Origin: Paludibacteraceae bacterium
GTDB taxonomy: Bacteria; Bacteroidota; Bacteroidia; Bacteroidales; Paludibacteraceae
DNA length: 64,000 nucleotides
Direction of reading: 5' to 3'
NCBI GenBank assembly: GCA_017401985.1
Contig: JAFPNK010000001.1
Coordinates: 1,861 to 65,860, forward strand
Made by a program: the position numbers and the translations under genes. Under the pieces are notes generated by a model. The model had not been told where the DNA came from and made no database searches. It was given only the letters and a program-made list of their open reading frames with translations. Every line of letters begins with the position of its first letter. Within the stretch, counting starts at the first letter, position 1. This document shows, piece after piece, positions 17,648-25,980 of this stretch.

Positions 17648-18820
17648 ATGCAAGGCAATTTTACGTACTACAACCCCACCAAGCTTTATTTTGGTGAAGA
17701 GTCCCTGAACAAACTCAAGGGCGAGTTAGCGAACTTCGGTCAGACCGTGCTGCTCAATTACGGCAGCGGCAGTGTCAAGCGTAACGGCATCTACGACCAA
17801 GTGGTGGCTATCTTGCGCGAAGGAGGCAAGTCCATCGTTGAGAACCCAGGCGTGATGAGTAACCCGACGTTGGAGAAACTGAACGAAGGTATCCGCATCG
17901 CCCGTGAGAACAAAGTGGACTGGATACTGTCGCTTGGTGGCGGTAGCGTGTGCGACTACTCCAAAGGAGTAGCGGCGTCCGTTTACTTTGAAGGCGATTA
18001 CTGGCAAAACTTCTGGGTGGAAGGTAATCAACCGCCGAAAGACCAGCGGATCTTGCCGATTGGTTGTATCCTGACGATGGCAGGAACAGGAAGCGAGATG
18101 AACGGCGGTTCGGTTATCACCGATGCAGAGCATAGCAACAAACTCGGGCATGTGTTCGACAGCCGACTGATGCCTAAGTTTGCCATCCTCAACCCGCGTT
18201 TCACGATGACCGTGCCCATCGAACAGATGAAAGCCGGTATCTATGACATCATGAATCATATCATGGAGCAGTATTTCTCGGACTTCGACGATAACACGAG
18301 CGATTACCTGTCCGAAGGACTGATGCGTAGTCTTATTGTCGCTTCGTGTGCGGCGGTGAAGAACCCGCAGGACTACGAGGCGCGTTCGAACATCATGTGG
18401 ACAGCGACGTGGGCACTCAATACGTTGCTCAAATGCGGCAAGACGGAAGACTGGATGGTACACATGATCGGCCACTCGTTAGGCGCATGGACGCACGCAC
18501 CGCACGGTTATACTTTGGCTTCTGTTTCCATGGCTTATTACCGCCGTGCGATGGAAAAAGGACTGCCTAAGTTCGTGCGTTTCGCAGAGAACGTCTGGGG
18601 TCTCCAGCCGGAAGGTAAGTCCGACCGCGAGATAGCCGAAGCAGGATTAGAGGCCTTGCGCAACTGGATGCAGGAGATAGGTCTGCCGCTGACCATCAGT
18701 GAGATAGGTGCCACACCGGACATGATTGACAACATCGTTTCGACTACCGTCCTCTTCCCTGCCGGTTACCTCGACCTCACGGCAGAGGATATAAGAGAGA
18801 TACTAAAAGAAAGTTTATGA
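17648..18820 (+). CDS. Iron-containing (group III) alcohol dehydrogenase, YqhD/butanol dehydrogenase-like
   Basis: 390 aa. GGGSVCD and metal-binding His motifs are present (HIMEQYF, HMIGHSLG). Confidence 0.85.
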   Translation: MQGNFTYYNPTKLYFGEESLNKLKGELANFGQTVLLNYGSGSVKRNGIYDQVVAILREGGKSIVENPGVMSNPTLEKLNEGIRIARENKVDWILSLGGGSVCDYSKGVAASVYFEGDYWQNFWVEGNQPPKDQRILPIGCILTMAGTGSEMNGGSVITDAEHSNKLGHVFDSRLMPKFAILNPRFTMTVPIEQMKAGIYDIMNHIMEQYFSDFDDNTSDYLSEGLMRSLIVASCAAVKNPQDYEARSNIMWTATWALNTLLKCGKTEDWMVHMIGHSLGAWTHAPHGYTLASVSMAYYRRAMEKGLPKFVRFAENVWGLQPEGKSDREIAEAGLEALRNWMQEIGLPLTISEIGATPDMIDNIVSTTVLFPAGYLDLTAEDIREILKESL

Positions 18821-18951
18821 TAACAATGAGCAAAGTAGTAGTACTCTCAACCGGTCTCCGCCCGGGGGCGAAATAAATAACCTTTATAAAGATATAAAGT
18901 AAAAAAACTGTGGACTTATATTTAACTAACTAATAAATATACATTAGAAAT

Positions 18952-21897
18952 ATGCAACGGAATTTATTTTTAACCGTAGCCCTGCTATGCATAGTTGCTC
19001 AGGGAACATTTGCAGACACTTTTCGCGATAAAGAGGGGTACTTGTATTACATTTTCAACGCTTCGGAAGACTTGAATAATAATACGGCAGAGGTGACTTG
19101 GCAATATGAAGATAGCCCAAATAACTATTCCGGTTATACGACCGTTAACATCCCCTCCATCGTAGTTCACAATCAAGTGAACTATAGAGTCATCGGCATC
19201 AGAGAGAAAGCATTCAGTTTTTGCAAAACGCTGACCTCTGTGAGCATTCCAAATACCGTTACAAGTATAGGAACAGATGCTTTTTCCGAATGCGGTTTGA
19301 CTTCCATTGATATCCCAAATAGTGTAACCCACATTGGTTATCAGGCTTTCCATCGCTGCTCCGGCTTGACATCCCTTGTGATTCCCAAGACTGTCACGAG
19401 CATAGGGAATAGTGCTTTCGATTACTGTCGCAATTTGACAACTGTGTCGATTGATTGTTCCACGAATATACCTTATGCTGCATTTTCTGAATGCGAAACT
19501 CTGACTACAGTGACGATTGGCGATAACGTTCGCGGCATAGGAGAAGAAGCTTTCGAGCGCTGCCACAATCTGCAATCTGTGAGCTTTGGTAATAGTGTCA
19601 CGAGTTTAGGAAGGAGAGCTTTTAGCAACTGCTATAATTTGGGAACCGTGAACATTCCCTGGAGTGTTACTTACATAGCACAAGATGCTTTCTCCAGCTG
19701 CACCGGTTTGAGTTCTATTGAGGTTGAAGCCGGCAATACGGTATATGACAGTCGCGACAATTGCAATGCGATTATCAAGACGAACGAAAATGTTCTTGTT
19801 TATGCCTGTAAGAATACTTTTATTCCCAATACCATCACCGGCATCGGATATCGTGCTTTCTCCGACTGCCGCGATATGACTTCCATCAATATTCCCAGCA
19901 GCGTACAAAGCATCGGGCAGGAAGCTTTCTCCAACTGCACCAGTTTGAGTTCTATTGAGGTTGAAGCAGGTAATACGGTATATGACAGTCGTGACAATTG
20001 CAATGCGATTATCAGAACGGCAGATAATACACTTATCCAAGGCTGTAAGAACTCGACTATTCCCAATGGTGTTGTAAGTATTGCAAGCGGTGCTTTTTCG
20101 GAGTGTACGGGCTTGACTTCCATTGATATCCCCAATAGCGTTACGAGCATTGGAGATGGAGCTTTCTGGTATTGTACGGGGTTGAAATCCATTATTTGTA
20201 AGGCTGCAACACCGCCGACTCTGGGAGAATTCGTCTTTTTGCTTGTTAACAAATCCATTCCTCTGTACGTACCGGCAGGCAGCATAGCAGCCTATCAAGC
20301 CGCAGACCAATGGAAAAGTTTCACCAATATTGTGCCTATTCCCGACTGGGACGACCCGAATACAGGCACAGCGACCAATCCCATCGTCATCACCGATCTG
20401 AATATATGGAATCTATTCGCCGAACAGGTCAGCAACGGCAATAGTTTCAGCGGCAAATATGTGAGACTCGACACCGACCTGAGCGTAAACACTATGGTGG
20501 GCAAAAATAATGACACACCGTTCAGTGGCATTTTCCTCGGCAACGGACATACGATTACCACTACGCTTTCCGACAGCGAGAATGATGGTGTCGCGCTCTT
20601 CCGCTGTATCAACGGAGCTACTATCAAGAATCTCAAAGTGGCAGGTTCCATACAAGGAGGCAGGTACAGCGCAGCGCTTGTCGGCATCTCGAAGGGTAAC
20701 GGAAACCGTATTGAGAACTGTGTGGTAAGCGCTGACGTGAAGGGAACATTGAACGTCGGAGGTATTCTCGGACGCTCTGTAGAAAGCGAAATCACCATCT
20801 GCGGTTGCGTATTCATAGGCAAATTGTGTGGCAACACCTCTAACGTACCCAAAGGTGCTTTTATCGGATGGTTCGAAGATAACAACAGGAAGGTCGTTAC
20901 CGACTGTCTGTTTATCATGCAGAGCGATCAGGAAACCGTAAACCTCGATCTCGTAAAGGGACACGGTAATATCACACTCAGTAAGTGCTTCAAAACCAGG
21001 GGCAATGTAGCACCAACCGGTGCACCTAAGAAAATAGCAGCCGAAGATATACCGCAGGCCGAATGGGAAGACGAGGAAGATTATGTATATGAGGGTATAT
21101 GGGCAAACGTCTATGATGCCATGCCCGACTATTTCGGCAATCTATTGGAGGACTACGGTTTCCTGAAGGTATATGAAGGAGGCCTGGAGTACGAAGACCT
21201 ATACTATGTAGCTTGCATCAGCATCGAAGACCACCTCGACAACAACGCACTCATCGAATTGGCGACCGACTACATCGTTGATGTGAGCCTTACCGACCGC
21301 ACGTTCTACAAGAACAACGCATGGCAGACCCTCTGCCTGCCGTTCAGCCTCGACGACTTCGCCGGCACGCCGTTGGATGGAGCCCATGTGAAGACACTCA
21401 GCGGCTCGTCGTATGATGAGAGCACAAACACGCTGACGCTTGACTTCTCGGAAGACCTGACGGCTATCGAAGCCGGCAAACCGTATATTGTGAAGTGGAT
21501 AAATGGCGAAGACATCATTTACCCGATGTTCACCGGTGTGATTGTCGATTCTGTTACTGCGGATGTGCATACGACATACGCCGACTTCATCGGCACATGT
21601 AGCCCCGTAATCTTCACGAATGAAGACTTACGTATCTGCATTCTCGCTGCCGCTCGCACACTCTATTCCCCTCTGGCAGGCGATATTCTCGGTTCGTGCC
21701 GCGCTTTCTTCCGTCTCGGCGAAGGACTGACCGCAGGCGAACCGCTTCGTATCGTGCTGAATTTCAATGAGGGCTCGCAAGACGTCGAACTCGTGACGGA
21801 CGAAGATCAGCAGACCGTCAAGTTCATTCAGGACGGAAAGATGTATATCCGTCGCGACAACAAGACTTACACCGCCGCCGGACAAGAGATTAAGTAA
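18952..21897 (+). CDS. Cell-surface leucine-rich-repeat (BspA-type) protein with a central GLUG-motif region
   Basis: 981 aa with a signal peptide. About 14 LRR units of the IP.SVTSIG..AF..C..L type are followed by a GLUG-like segment (AALVGIS, VGGILGRS). The C-terminal motif is DGKMYIRRDNKTYTAAGQEI. Confidence 0.8.
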   Translation: MQRNLFLTVALLCIVAQGTFADTFRDKEGYLYYIFNASEDLNNNTAEVTWQYEDSPNNYSGYTTVNIPSIVVHNQVNYRVIGIREKAFSFCKTLTSVSIPNTVTSIGTDAFSECGLTSIDIPNSVTHIGYQAFHRCSGLTSLVIPKTVTSIGNSAFDYCRNLTTVSIDCSTNIPYAAFSECETLTTVTIGDNVRGIGEEAFERCHNLQSVSFGNSVTSLGRRAFSNCYNLGTVNIPWSVTYIAQDAFSSCTGLSSIEVEAGNTVYDSRDNCNAIIKTNENVLVYACKNTFIPNTITGIGYRAFSDCRDMTSINIPSSVQSIGQEAFSNCTSLSSIEVEAGNTVYDSRDNCNAIIRTADNTLIQGCKNSTIPNGVVSIASGAFSECTGLTSIDIPNSVTSIGDGAFWYCTGLKSIICKAATPPTLGEFVFLLVNKSIPLYVPAGSIAAYQAADQWKSFTNIVPIPDWDDPNTGTATNPIVITDLNIWNLFAEQVSNGNSFSGKYVRLDTDLSVNTMVGKNNDTPFSGIFLGNGHTITTTLSDSENDGVALFRCINGATIKNLKVAGSIQGGRYSAALVGISKGNGNRIENCVVSADVKGTLNVGGILGRSVESEITICGCVFIGKLCGNTSNVPKGAFIGWFEDNNRKVVTDCLFIMQSDQETVNLDLVKGHGNITLSKCFKTRGNVAPTGAPKKIAAEDIPQAEWEDEEDYVYEGIWANVYDAMPDYFGNLLEDYGFLKVYEGGLEYEDLYYVACISIEDHLDNNALIELATDYIVDVSLTDRTFYKNNAWQTLCLPFSLDDFAGTPLDGAHVKTLSGSSYDESTNTLTLDFSEDLTAIEAGKPYIVKWINGEDIIYPMFTGVIVDSVTADVHTTYADFIGTCSPVIFTNEDLRICILAAARTLYSPLAGDILGSCRAFFRLGEGLTAGEPLRIVLNFNEGSQDVELVTDEDQQTVKFIQDGKMYIRRDNKTYTAAGQEIK
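19687..20013 (+). repeat. Intragenic duplication: two 90-nt segments, about 90 percent identical, 237 nt apart (19687-19776 and 19924-20013)
   Basis: Both encode AFS(S/N)CT(G/S)LSSIEVEAGNTVYDSRDNCNAII. Confidence 0.8.
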
Positions 21898-21899
21898 TT

Positions 21900-21962
21900 A
21901 TGAACATCCTTATTTTACAAGGCTCGCCGAGTTTCGCGACATCTGCAACTATTGGCAGGTAG
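21900..21962 (+). pseudogene. Possible remnant of the 5' end of a flavodoxin-like NAD(P)H oxidoreductase gene
   Basis: The ATG at 21900 encodes MNILILQGSPSFATSATIGR and then a stop. MxILILxGSP is the usual N-terminus of that family. Confidence 0.25.
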
Positions 21963-22087
21963 AGAACATCGGTCATGTATCCGCGAAGATCGATGAGCAG
22001 AAGGACGATAGCTGCTTTATTGCCGATGTGCCTGAGTGTCAGTTTGTGAGAGGACATTAACGAGATGTGATTCGTCAAGGAGATCCC

Positions 22088-22129
22088 ATGCCCTGTCCGT
22101 ATAATAACATAGAATGTTTCGAACTTTAG
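22088..22129 (+). pseudogene. Truncated duplicate of the 5' end of the small Cys-rich gene at 23617
   Basis: It encodes MPCPYNNIECFEL and then a stop. 27 of the first 30 nt are identical to 23617-23646. Confidence 0.5.
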
Positions 22130-22212
22130 AAAATATCGAAGTGAACTTTCGAAACCCTCGGAATAAAAACATCAAAAAGTTCGGAGTAAACTCTCCAAAA
22201 TCTTCGGAATTA

Positions 22213-22244
22213 TTTGCATATATGAAATATTTTTTGTAATTTTG
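22213..22244 (+). promoter_or_regulatory. Promoter: TTTG-N20-TAatTTTG
   Basis: TTTG lies at 22213-22216 and TAatTTTG at 22237-22244, 25 nt upstream of the ATG at 22270. Confidence 0.7.
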
Positions 22245-22269
22245 CGGCGGATTTCTAAATCGAACACAT

Positions 22270-23544
22270 ATGAAATATCTCGAACGTATTGGTGATGAAC
22301 TGCTCAAACGCAAACTTCGTAGTAGTGCAGCAGTACTGATTGAAGGTCCTAAATGGTGCGGCAAGACCTCGATGGGTGCGCAGCTAGCCAAGAGCATCAT
22401 CTATATCCAAGATCCGGACAAGCGTGCCATGTATCGAAAGATGGCAGATTCTCAGCCTTCGCTTTTACTGGAAGGAGAGACGCCGCATATGCTGGATGAA
22501 TGGCAGACAATACCGGTTTTATGGGATGCCGTTCGTTTTGCAGCAGACCAACGTCAAGAGATGAACCAGTTTATTCTTACCGGTTCGGCTACTCCGCTGG
22601 ATGAGGACGAGAACAGCGAGATGGAGCACACCGGAACGGGTCGTATCGCTCGCTTGCGTATGCGTCCGATGAGTCTCTGGGAGTCTAAAGAATCGCGCGG
22701 ACAGGTATCGCTGAAAGCGCTCTTTGACGGTACACAAGAGATGGGACTGTTCGAGAACCCGCTTACGATTAAAGACCTGGCATATGTCATGTGCCGTGGA
22801 GGTTGGCCCGGTGCATTAGGACTGGAAAAAGAGGACGCGCTGGAAGTGGCGGTTAACTTAGTGGACGAGTTGGTCAATACCGATGTTAACCGTGTGGATA
22901 AAACGGAGAAGAACCCCGACAGAGTACGCGCGGTACTTCGTAGTTACGCACGAAACATCTCTACCATGACGGCCGCCACTACCATCATGGCGGACGTGAA
23001 GGCGAACGATATTTCCATTACCGATAAGACGCTGACTAACTATCTGACGGCATTGCGTCGGCTGTTCATCGTAGAAGACGCGAAGGCTTGGCAACCGAGC
23101 CTGCGTAGCAAGACCGGTATCCGTACATCAAACAAACGCCATTTCGTGGATACCAGCATCGCTACAGCGGTTTTGGAACTGAACCCGACCAGCATCCTCG
23201 AAGATTTTAATCTGTTTGGCTTTCTGTTCGAAGATTTCTGCATGCGCGATGTGCGTGTATATACAGAGCCGCTGAGAGGAACTGTATATCACTATCATGA
23301 TAATTCCGAGTTAGAGTCGGATTTGATTATACGTCTTCATGACGGTCGATGGGCGGCTGTGGAAGTGAAAACAGGCAGCAAGGAAATAGAGGAAGCGGCT
23401 GAGAACCTGATCAAGTTATCCAAGACAGTGGATACATCCACAATCGGCGAACCGTCCTTCCTGATGGTGCTCACCGCCGGCCAATTTGCCTATCGTCGCG
23501 CAGATGGCGTATATATTGTGCCGATAGGGTGCTTAAAAGACTAA
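22270..23544 (+). CDS. AAA-type ATP-binding protein of the COG1373 / DUF4143 kind
   Basis: 424 aa. It has Walker A (GPKWCGKTS), a Walker B-like segment (FILTGS), and a C-terminal restriction-endonuclease-like segment (ESDLII...AAVEVK). Confidence 0.75.
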   Translation: MKYLERIGDELLKRKLRSSAAVLIEGPKWCGKTSMGAQLAKSIIYIQDPDKRAMYRKMADSQPSLLLEGETPHMLDEWQTIPVLWDAVRFAADQRQEMNQFILTGSATPLDEDENSEMEHTGTGRIARLRMRPMSLWESKESRGQVSLKALFDGTQEMGLFENPLTIKDLAYVMCRGGWPGALGLEKEDALEVAVNLVDELVNTDVNRVDKTEKNPDRVRAVLRSYARNISTMTAATTIMADVKANDISITDKTLTNYLTALRRLFIVEDAKAWQPSLRSKTGIRTSNKRHFVDTSIATAVLELNPTSILEDFNLFGFLFEDFCMRDVRVYTEPLRGTVYHYHDNSELESDLIIRLHDGRWAAVEVKTGSKEIEEAAENLIKLSKTVDTSTIGEPSFLMVLTAGQFAYRRADGVYIVPIGCLKD

Positions 23545-23616
23545 CTTCGCTCCCCCAAAACTTCACAAGCATCTCCTTCCCGGTTAAGTTTGTGGATACG
23601 ATAGAAATAGAATAAT

Positions 23617-23763
23617 ATGCCCTGTCAATTTAATAACATAGAATGTCCCTGTCCGAAGGAAGGATGTCCGCGGCACGAGAAATGCTGTGAGTGTGTGAAG
23701 CATCATAGAGAACACGGAAAGAAACTACCCACATGCTTGCGCGGCATAGAGTGGGAACAATAA
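23617..23763 (+). CDS. Small Cys/His-rich protein (48 aa), absent from the ORF track
   Basis: MPCQFNNIECPCPKEGCPRHEKCCECVKHHREHGKKLPTCLRGIEWEQ. The pattern C.C....C.R...CCEC..H......LP.C resembles a small conserved family that I recall being annotated DUF6485. That assignment is unverified. Confidence 0.55.
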   Translation: MPCQFNNIECPCPKEGCPRHEKCCECVKHHREHGKKLPTCLRGIEWEQ

Positions 23764-23796
23764 TTTTTCCTAATATCGATAATTTTTTGACAACTA

Positions 23797-23828
23797 TTTG
23801 CATATGTCAAAAAAAAGCAGTAATTTTG
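23797..23828 (+). promoter_or_regulatory. Promoter of the seven-gene operon: TTTG-N20-TAatTTTG
   Basis: TTTG lies at 23797-23800 and TAatTTTG at 23821-23828. The spacer is catatgtcaaaaaaaagcag. Confidence 0.7.
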
Positions 23829-23925
23829 TAGCCGTTTTAGTTGAATCATACTAAGGAACACACATTATATTATATCGGAGGATGCCGAAAATCCGCAGAA
23901 GAGTAGGCACATATGCACTATTATC

Positions 23926-24975
23926 ATGGGAGAAAATAGATTCCTTAAAATCTTTGCATTGGTAGCGTTTGTTGCCTTTGCAGCTGTCAGTTGCTGGTCA
24001 ACGACAGAATCGCTGTTTTTGACTTTGGAGAACGCACAGATTCCAAAGTGGGTGTTTTGGATCGCAGTTGTGGGCCTTTATGTACTAACTTCTATCTGCA
24101 CTAAATTGGTATTAGACACGTTCAACCAAAACATTTACATGGAGCATCGCACCATTAAATTCATTGTTGGGCTGCTTGGCGTAATCATGCTCTGGGTGGT
24201 ATTTAGTATGCCTACCAATGCACACACGTTCTTCTACAAGCAGATGGCAAAGAACACCGCGGTCAAAGAGTTAAAACATATTGACGGTGAGTTGCAGAAA
24301 TTATCCAGCGAAACCACCTTCCTCGATGTTTATAATGCGGAGTGGAATAAGTACGAAGCTGATGTCCTGAATGCGTTAGCCGGCATCAAACGCGAGATTA
24401 ATGACTTCCAAAATGTAGGCACGGGTGACAAAACTGAAGCCCGCATTGTTGATGTGGAGGATTTGTTGGGCTTAAAAACCGGTACTATTGCCAGAATACG
24501 TGCTCGTAATAATTCGCAAAAAGAGTTGAATAAAGTATGTGAGTATTACGATAAGGCTGTCAAAGAACAGTTGGAAATCAAAAAGCAGCAACATGAAGCC
24601 AGAGTGGCACAAGCATTGTTGGACTTCCAAGAAAGGACAAAGAATGTAGGACCTTTGCGTCGTGATATAAAAGCCACATTGGAGCAGTTGGATGATCCAC
24701 AATACGACAAAGAGGCCGTTTTGAAGAATGCACGTATTCTTGTTGGAAAATCATATGCTGAATTAGAGTCACAGTTCAATGGATTGTATACCTACGATGA
24801 GACTATATATCGCTCTGACCGTTTGGTGAAGGTAACCAAAGTATGGGGTGACTATTTTAAGGGGAAATTCAGACATACCGATTACACGTTGTGGTACTGG
24901 ATCCTGCTTTCCGTCATCGTGGACATCGCAGCATTCGCATTCTTCAGCATTGCTTTTAAGAAAGAGGATTATTAA
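23926..24975 (+). CDS. Operon gene A: polytopic membrane protein with a long helical/coiled-coil soluble region, function unknown
   Basis: 349 aa. Three N-terminal hydrophobic helices are followed by about 200 aa of charged helical sequence and a C-terminal hydrophobic helix (LWYWILLSVIVDIAAFAFFSIAF). Confidence 0.75.
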   Translation: MGENRFLKIFALVAFVAFAAVSCWSTTESLFLTLENAQIPKWVFWIAVVGLYVLTSICTKLVLDTFNQNIYMEHRTIKFIVGLLGVIMLWVVFSMPTNAHTFFYKQMAKNTAVKELKHIDGELQKLSSETTFLDVYNAEWNKYEADVLNALAGIKREINDFQNVGTGDKTEARIVDVEDLLGLKTGTIARIRARNNSQKELNKVCEYYDKAVKEQLEIKKQQHEARVAQALLDFQERTKNVGPLRRDIKATLEQLDDPQYDKEAVLKNARILVGKSYAELESQFNGLYTYDETIYRSDRLVKVTKVWGDYFKGKFRHTDYTLWYWILLSVIVDIAAFAFFSIAFKKEDY

Positions 24976-24998
24976 TCAATAAAACCATTCATTATACT

Positions 24999-25976
24999 AT
25001 GGCACAAGTTAATATAGGGGAAGAGCAAACCCCCGTTATCGCACCTGAAACGAATGAACCGACGATTCAAGAAGCCGCTCCTGTGCAAGAACCGGCAGTA
25101 GAAGCTGCTCCGAACGAAAAGGGAGATGACAAACTGTTGCTCCCGAGTGATAAGATTGTTGGATTGACCAAAGAGGAATTAAATGACCCGAATAAGATTA
25201 GCGTAACCATTGCAGACAAGGACGCACCAATCGTAGTGCTCTTTGGTCCGCCGGCTTGCGGTAAAACCATGACCCTGGTTCGCTTGACTCGTTATTTACG
25301 TGAGAACGGCTACACTATCACACCGATTCGCACATTCCGCCCTACCTACGATTCTAACTACTCGGAGATTTGCGATAACTTCGATGTAATGATGAATCAG
25401 GATGATGCCGCTGCTTCTACCAGTAAGATCAGCTTCATGTTGGTAAAAGTAAGCAAAAACGGACGCACTATTTGCCAAATCTTGGAGGCTCCGGGTGAGT
25501 ATTATTTCAACCCAAAAACGCCGAAAAGTCCGTTCCCCGGATATTTCAATACCATCAAATCCAGTCGCAACCGCAAGATCTGGACTATTATGGTCGAACC
25601 GGATTGGGCTAATACCAATGACCGTTTGAACTACGTGGATCGAATTAAGAAACTGAGGACCCAAATGTCCACTAAAGACAAAACGATTATCGTTTACAAC
25701 AAGATTGATATGACGGATTTCTTGATTGACAACAGCGGAAATGCGCATATGAATCTGGCACGTAAGAATATTCGTGACTTGTATCCAAATATTTTTGAAC
25801 CCTTTAAAAACACCAATCCGATTGTAAGTTGGTTCACTCCATATCGTTTGGACTTCACCATCTTCCAAACCGGTGACTACTCTCAGGCTGCTGACGGTTC
25901 GTACTTGTTCCAGCAAGGACCGGACGTCTTCCCACGTCGTCTATGGAAACTTATTCTTAAAGACGTAAGAGGATAA
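24999..25976 (+). CDS. Operon gene B: P-loop NTPase with Ras-like GTPase motifs and a disordered N-terminal region
   Basis: 325 aa. The first ~75 aa are P/E/A-rich. G1 is GPPACGKT (nt 25245-25268), G3-like is LEAPGE (25482-25499), and G4 is NKID (25698-25709). Confidence 0.7.
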   Translation: MAQVNIGEEQTPVIAPETNEPTIQEAAPVQEPAVEAAPNEKGDDKLLLPSDKIVGLTKEELNDPNKISVTIADKDAPIVVLFGPPACGKTMTLVRLTRYLRENGYTITPIRTFRPTYDSNYSEICDNFDVMMNQDDAAASTSKISFMLVKVSKNGRTICQILEAPGEYYFNPKTPKSPFPGYFNTIKSSRNRKIWTIMVEPDWANTNDRLNYVDRIKKLRTQMSTKDKTIIVYNKIDMTDFLIDNSGNAHMNLARKNIRDLYPNIFEPFKNTNPIVSWFTPYRLDFTIFQTGDYSQAADGSYLFQQGPDVFPRRLWKLILKDVRG

Positions 25977-25980
25977 GACT

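Noticed and set aside
17726-18475. A 249-aa minus-strand ORF; similar long antisense ORFs occur at 44913-45704, 55352-56044, 25296-25916, 26896-27657, 11762-12373, 58000-58614 and 14812-15309
   Set aside because: Each lies opposite a CDS with clear family motifs or a coherent domain architecture. Their translations are biased and motif-free, so I treat them as shadow ORFs.
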